A DNA stretch of 64,000 nt from an uncultured Alphaproteobacteria bacterium (GTDB lineage Bacteria; Pseudomonadota; Alphaproteobacteria; RF32; CAG-239), in assembly GCA_944391705.1 (NCBI GenBank), contig CALXUN010000004.1:13126-77125 (forward strand). The letters run 5' to 3'. The notes under the pieces were generated by a model. The model saw only the letters and a list, made by a program, of their open reading frames with translations, was not told the DNA's origin and did no database searches. Shown in pieces: positions 59,418 to 64,000 of this stretch (the first letter of the stretch is position 1; each line of letters starts with the position of its first letter). Made by a program: the position numbers and the translations under genes.

Positions 59418-60248
59418 TTACAAATTTTGTGCCAGAATTAAATATTTTTCGGGAGAAATTTCTTCGGCACGCATGGTCATTTCGATTCCGGCCATTGCAC
59501 AAGCCTGCTCTATTCCTGTAAAAGATTTTAAGCTTTGACGTATCATTTTGCGACGCTGTCCAAAGGCCAATGCCGTTATTTTCTCTACTTTTTCAAGTAT
59601 TGGTAACAGCGGAATAATTTCTTTCGGCCGGAAAAGCAACACGCTCGACCACACTTTCGGTGCCGGAACAAAACAAGTCGGCGGTAAATCAAACAATTTA
59701 TCGATTCGGCACGTAAGCTGTGCCAAAACCGATACCCGGCCGTAACTTTTGGTTTTAACCGGTGCCGTTATCCGCTCCGCCACTTCTTTTTGAAACATCA
59801 GCGTCATGGCCGAAAATGCCGGCATTTGTTTAAGCCAGCCGACTGTCAGCGGTACCGAAATATTATATGGTAAATTACTGATAATCTGCCGTGGTGAAGA
59901 TTCCAATTCAGTCAAATCGGTCATCATGGCATCAGCATTAATAATCTCCAGCGGACAGGACGTGCAACCTTTTAAATCTTCCATAATCCGGACAGCACGT
60001 TCGTCCATTTCCACGACTGTCAGCTTAGCCGGCCGATTCGCCAGCACGGATCTTGTCAAACCACCCGGCCCCGGACCGACCTCAAAAACGTTAATGCCGG
60101 AAAAATCCTTTAACCCCTGTTTTTCCAGCGACAAACGGATAATTTTATCCGTAATGTTCTGGTCCAGCAAAAAATTTTGTCCTAACGACTTTTTTGCCAT
60201 CAGGCCGTAATATTCAACCGTTTCCTTAAGCGTCCGTCCGAAATCCAT
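59418..60248 (-). CDS. rsmA: 16S rRNA (adenine1518/1519-N6)-dimethyltransferase
   Basis: 276 aa with GQNFL, VFEVGPGPGGLT SAM motif and NLPYNIS. Confidence 0.9.
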   Translation of the reverse strand: MDFGRTLKETVEYYGLMAKKSLGQNFLLDQNITDKIIRLSLEKQGLKDFSGINVFEVGPGPGGLTRSVLANRPAKLTVVEMDERAVRIMEDLKGCTSCPLEIINADAMMTDLTELESSPRQIISNLPYNISVPLTVGWLKQMPAFSAMTLMFQKEVAERITAPVKTKSYGRVSVLAQLTCRIDKLFDLPPTCFVPAPKVWSSVLLFRPKEIIPLLPILEKVEKITALAFGQRRKMIRQSLKSFTGIEQACAMAGIEMTMRAEEISPEKYLILAQNL

Positions 60249-60254
60249 TTTATC

Positions 60255-61382
60255 TTAAGCCTTACGCTCAATAATCGCCTTATTGCGCAAATCACGAAGA
60301 TATTTGGCCGCCGTTTCTTCCATTTTTTTGCTTTCGAGCATCTTCCTGACCGTTTCGGCATCCGGAACCGGCGCTTTATCTATACCGGGACGATATTTTT
60401 TCTCCAGACGCAGAATATAATAATCCGAGCCTAAGGCTATCGGATTGGAAATTCTTCCTTCTTTCATTTGCTCCAGCGCTTTTTCCAATGGTTCTGCCAG
60501 CTGTCCTTTATTAACCCAGCCTAAACGGCCGCCGCCTCTGGCACTCGGACTTTGCGAAAACTGCATGGCATACAGTTCAAAACGCGGATCCTGACGCAGA
60601 TTGCTGACCAAATCCCCAATATGCGCAGCCTGTTTCTTGGGAATAACGATTTCAGAAACCATAAATTTCGGTGTTTTAATATCCTTGGTAATATTCTCCA
60701 TTGCCTCATCAACTTCGCTTTGCGAAACATTCGCCTCTTGTGCAGCTTTGCGCTGTACCAGTCGCACCCAGGCAAGTTCTGCCTTCATCTGTGAGCGGAA
60801 AACATCTTCATCAACTTGCGCCTGTTTTAACATTTTTTTTAGCTGAGGCACCGAAACGCCATTGGCTTTGGCAAAATTTTGCATACCGGCATCCATATCA
60901 GCTTCAGAAATTTCAACACCATTTTTTTGCGCCTCCTGCAACTTTATTTTTTCATCAACGGCCGCTTGCAGCACCCTGTCTATCACCATATCTTTCGTTT
61001 CGGCATTAACCGGTATTTGCGTTGTTGCAACAAAAGCATTCACCCTGTCCTGCATATCGCGGCTGGTAATAATTTCTCCGTTAACTTCGGCAAAAATTTT
61101 AATGCCGTTGCCAAACAAATTTACCGGCCTTAAAGCCCGGCGCCTGGCCTCCTCAGCCTGACGAAGTGCTTCTTCTTCACGGCGTCTTTGTTCTTCATAC
61201 GCTTCCCTCCGGCGCTGTTCTTCCCGCTGGCGCATCACTTCTTCCGGATTTTGATTTCCAAATAACACGGAAGTACCTTTGGCACTGCGTGCTGCGGCAT
61301 CAAGTGCCGAAACATCCACCTCCTGCGCTAACGCAGGAAAAATAAGGCCGATTACCAATAAACAAACCAGAGAATGCCTCAT
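60255..61382 (-). CDS. surA: SurA-like periplasmic chaperone / PPIase-domain protein
   Basis: Signal peptide, SurA N-domain, RRRE-rich linker and C-terminal parvulin-like region; located between lptD and ksgA. Confidence 0.7.
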   Translation of the reverse strand: MRHSLVCLLVIGLIFPALAQEVDVSALDAAARSAKGTSVLFGNQNPEEVMRQREEQRRREAYEEQRRREEEALRQAEEARRRALRPVNLFGNGIKIFAEVNGEIITSRDMQDRVNAFVATTQIPVNAETKDMVIDRVLQAAVDEKIKLQEAQKNGVEISEADMDAGMQNFAKANGVSVPQLKKMLKQAQVDEDVFRSQMKAELAWVRLVQRKAAQEANVSQSEVDEAMENITKDIKTPKFMVSEIVIPKKQAAHIGDLVSNLRQDPRFELYAMQFSQSPSARGGGRLGWVNKGQLAEPLEKALEQMKEGRISNPIALGSDYYILRLEKKYRPGIDKAPVPDAETVRKMLESKKMEETAAKYLRDLRNKAIIERKA

Positions 61383-61401
61383 TTTTTATTTCTCCTTCAC
61401 A

Positions 61402-63705
61402 TTAATTACCCATACCGCCCAACGTTTTCAGATAAAAAGTAAATTTAAATTCATACCCGTCATCCAATTCCGGATCATTTGAATTGGAACGTTTAACTGT
61501 TGTTACAAACATAAAACACTCATCTTCATAGATCAGGTTGCCGCCATGTTCCAGCGAGCCCCGGTTGTCATCAGCCAAATCCTGACGGTTATAGATACTG
61601 ATTGACCAATCCCGGGTCAATGCAGCCCTAACAGAAGTATACAATTCTTTCCGGTCACCGAAATTTTCCGATGAATTTTCATTTTCCTGCAGATATATGT
61701 ATGAAACATAAAGATTCAACAAATTTGTTCCGATTCTGGCGCCCAACTCGCTGTATTTTAATTTTAAATCATCCTGATTCAAACGAAAACGATAATTCAA
61801 ATCCAGATAACTGGCAGGCGCGGCATAAACACGCCCGACATAATCGGTAAAATGCCCGTCATCACCGATATTTCGCGTAAAACTGGCCTGCTTGTTAAAC
61901 TGATAACTCTGGGCAATAAATGCCGATGTCCGTCCCATAATATTACCATACGAATTCCAATTCAAACCATAGCTGATACGACTGCCGGTATCATTCCGGT
62001 CATACCCGGCATAACGATTAAGATTTAAAATATTAGAGTCGTCCAACTCAACGTCTTCACTGTCTTCATTAGGAATTTTATCAGACAAATTACCGCCGTT
62101 TGGTGCCAAAACACCAACCACAACCGGCTCAATAATCTGCCTGCTGTCTTCGGTTGCCCGGACAAAAGGCAGACGCCACTCCAACCCGACCTGCGGGAAA
62201 ACGCGGGCAACGGAACCGGTATAATCATCAGAACTGTCAGCCGCCTGATATTTATCAATATAATAAACATCTGATTTTAATGACGCTACAAACTTATATC
62301 TTTCACCAAACGGACTTGTCCACGGCAAAACCCAGGAATTAATCATTGACAGTCGCTGCGATTGCGTATCGCCCTCATGATAAACGGAAGCAAAACTAAA
62401 ATCATTTTTCCAATAAGAGCCGATATCGCTGCCATCGCTGATGGTCTGGTAACTCATTAACGGCGCCACCAAAGGCTTGTTATATTTACGCCGCTCATAT
62501 TCAGCCATGTTCCGGCGTCTTAAATCATAACTGATGAGCTTATAGTAATAGGCCTCTATTGCCGCATAATCACGGTCTTCAAACCGCTGCAGACGGACAT
62601 TTGAGGTCAGCCAGGCATCATCATCATGATCCAAATCAAGTTCTTTTAAATATAAACTGTCCGAAGCATAATTGATATTGGTATCAAATACCCAGTAATC
62701 ATCTATTTCATACCGTCCGTAAGCAAACAAACTTCCCCGGTTTTCCGGACGGTTTTCATCATTATCCTTAAGATATGTACCGTCCATTTCTATATATCCC
62801 TTATTAAAATACTGACGATAAATACCCCCTAAAACCGGATCTTTGTCGGTATTAAAAATCGGTGAAAAAAGAAAATCGGAATGATCATTAATTGCCCAAA
62901 AATAATTAAGCTGCAAAGTTCCGCCCAAATAATTGTTGCTGCCGATGCTGGGCGTTAAAAAACCGGAACGGCGTTTAACCGTCGGATCAGGGTGTGAAAA
63001 AAACGGCGTATAAAAAACCGGAACGCCTTTGATATCTACAAATGCATCATTATAATTGATGTTTTTATTCTCGGCATCATGCGTTACCTTCCGGGCTCTT
63101 ATCTGCCATAAAGGAGATTCTTTGCCTTCACAAAAATCACACGGCGTATATATAGCACGACGCATTACTTTATTGTCATTTTCTTTTTTACGGAATTCTT
63201 CTGCCCAAATTTGGCTTTCATCTTGCAAAATTGCCTTGATATGATTCATTTCAGCCCGGGTCATTTTATCCTGAAGCTCAACTTCATCGGCAAACACGAC
63301 ATTGCCGTTTTCTTCTTCCATCCGTACATTACCTGTTGCGATGATTTTATCTTCAAGCTGATAATAAATCAGCCGGTCGGTATAAACCGTCATGGTATCA
63401 CGCTTGACAATAACATCGCCGACAGCTTCGATGATTTTTTCTTTATCATGGTTAATCAACTCATCGGCATTAAAATAAATATCCGGCTCTTCATCCTTTG
63501 AAGCCTGACTTCCCGAAAAGACATCGGTAATGTTGCGTGCAGGTTCGACCTTTACAAACGGCGGCGTTTCTTTATCATCTAAAACTTCTCCGGCAACCGG
63601 TTCCCTTTCGGTTTCAAACGGCCACCAGGCAAAAGCGTTTTCGCTCAACCCGCACAAACTTAAAAGTGCCAAAAAGACACCTGTTTTTTTCATATTTTTT
63701 TTCAT
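61402..63705 (-). CDS. lptD: LPS-assembly protein LptD
   Basis: 767 aa with signal peptide, N-terminal OstA-like domain and large beta-barrel. Conserved lptG-lptD-surA-ksgA order. Confidence 0.85.
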   Translation of the reverse strand: MKKNMKKTGVFLALLSLCGLSENAFAWWPFETEREPVAGEVLDDKETPPFVKVEPARNITDVFSGSQASKDEEPDIYFNADELINHDKEKIIEAVGDVIVKRDTMTVYTDRLIYYQLEDKIIATGNVRMEEENGNVVFADEVELQDKMTRAEMNHIKAILQDESQIWAEEFRKKENDNKVMRRAIYTPCDFCEGKESPLWQIRARKVTHDAENKNINYNDAFVDIKGVPVFYTPFFSHPDPTVKRRSGFLTPSIGSNNYLGGTLQLNYFWAINDHSDFLFSPIFNTDKDPVLGGIYRQYFNKGYIEMDGTYLKDNDENRPENRGSLFAYGRYEIDDYWVFDTNINYASDSLYLKELDLDHDDDAWLTSNVRLQRFEDRDYAAIEAYYYKLISYDLRRRNMAEYERRKYNKPLVAPLMSYQTISDGSDIGSYWKNDFSFASVYHEGDTQSQRLSMINSWVLPWTSPFGERYKFVASLKSDVYYIDKYQAADSSDDYTGSVARVFPQVGLEWRLPFVRATEDSRQIIEPVVVGVLAPNGGNLSDKIPNEDSEDVELDDSNILNLNRYAGYDRNDTGSRISYGLNWNSYGNIMGRTSAFIAQSYQFNKQASFTRNIGDDGHFTDYVGRVYAAPASYLDLNYRFRLNQDDLKLKYSELGARIGTNLLNLYVSYIYLQENENSSENFGDRKELYTSVRAALTRDWSISIYNRQDLADDNRGSLEHGGNLIYEDECFMFVTTVKRSNSNDPELDDGYEFKFTFYLKTLGGMGN

Positions 63706-64000
63706 AGGGCGGCACCCTTTTCTTTTAAACGCCGTTTCACAAAGAAAAACGGATTATAAAACAACAGCAAATAAATACAAAACCCCAAAGGCATAAAACA
63801 ATTAATATAAAGCATCGGCAGAAAATACAATGAACGACCTGCCAAATTCGTTACAATTAAATCATTTCCCTGAACCAAAATCATCACCAAAACCGATATA
63901 CTGATAATTTTAGTCTGCCCCCGGCGGTTAAAGTTGCCGACAAGCAAGCCCGTACATGCTAACAGTGCAAACACCAGGTTATACCACGGTGTTACCAGGC
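63702..64000 (-). CDS. LptF/LptG-family permease, C-terminal part (gene continues beyond window end)
   Basis: Hydrophobic YjgP/YjgQ-like C-terminus. The frame is open to the window edge; 4-bp overlap with lptD. Confidence 0.55.
   Translation of the reverse strand, partial: LVTPWYNLVFALLACTGLLVGNFNRRGQTKIISISVLVMILVQGNDLIVTNLAGRSLYFLPMLYINCFMPLGFCIYLLLFYNPFFFVKRRLKEKGAAL

Overview
This 64 kb window looks like a chromosomal segment from an alphaproteobacterium-like organism at roughly 40% GC. Supporting markers are LpxI next to lpxB, GapR/DUF2312, a two-ring RNase E, a prfB with its programmed +1 frameshift, and an lptG/F-lptD-surA-ksgA block at the 3' end. Most of the window is housekeeping: LPS and envelope genes, PBP1A, an AmiC-like amidase, RNase E, nagAB, glyA-rpiB, pyk, nfo, dinB, cca and an ABC-F protein. 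Three things stand out. First, every tRNA locus (tRNA-Met/Ile at 6.2-7.0 kb, tRNA-Asn/Cys at 12.0-12.4 kb, a tRNA-Pro cluster at 16.5-18.9 kb) is surrounded by partial tRNA copies, duplicated terminators and a family of short GC-rich inserts that does not match the host AT-rich background; this looks like scars of repeated integration and excision. Second, there are small accessory modules: a 55-aa, 16-Cys metallothionein-like ORF absent from the ORF track sits immediately upstream of a CsoR-type Cu(I) sensor (C35/H60/C64) and a feoAB fusion; a GS-like putative amidoligase is translationally coupled to an FGase-family amidohydrolase; a zeta-toxin-family P-loop kinase is stop/start-coupled (TAATG) to upstream small ORFs; and there is an AaxB/AaxC-like arginine decarboxylase plus antiporter pair. 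Third, there are oddities: a secreted protein built from a near-identical 6 x 60-bp tandem repeat, and a lone pilin-like protein behind a 340-bp structured intergenic region. No CRISPR array, rRNA or intact transposase was seen.
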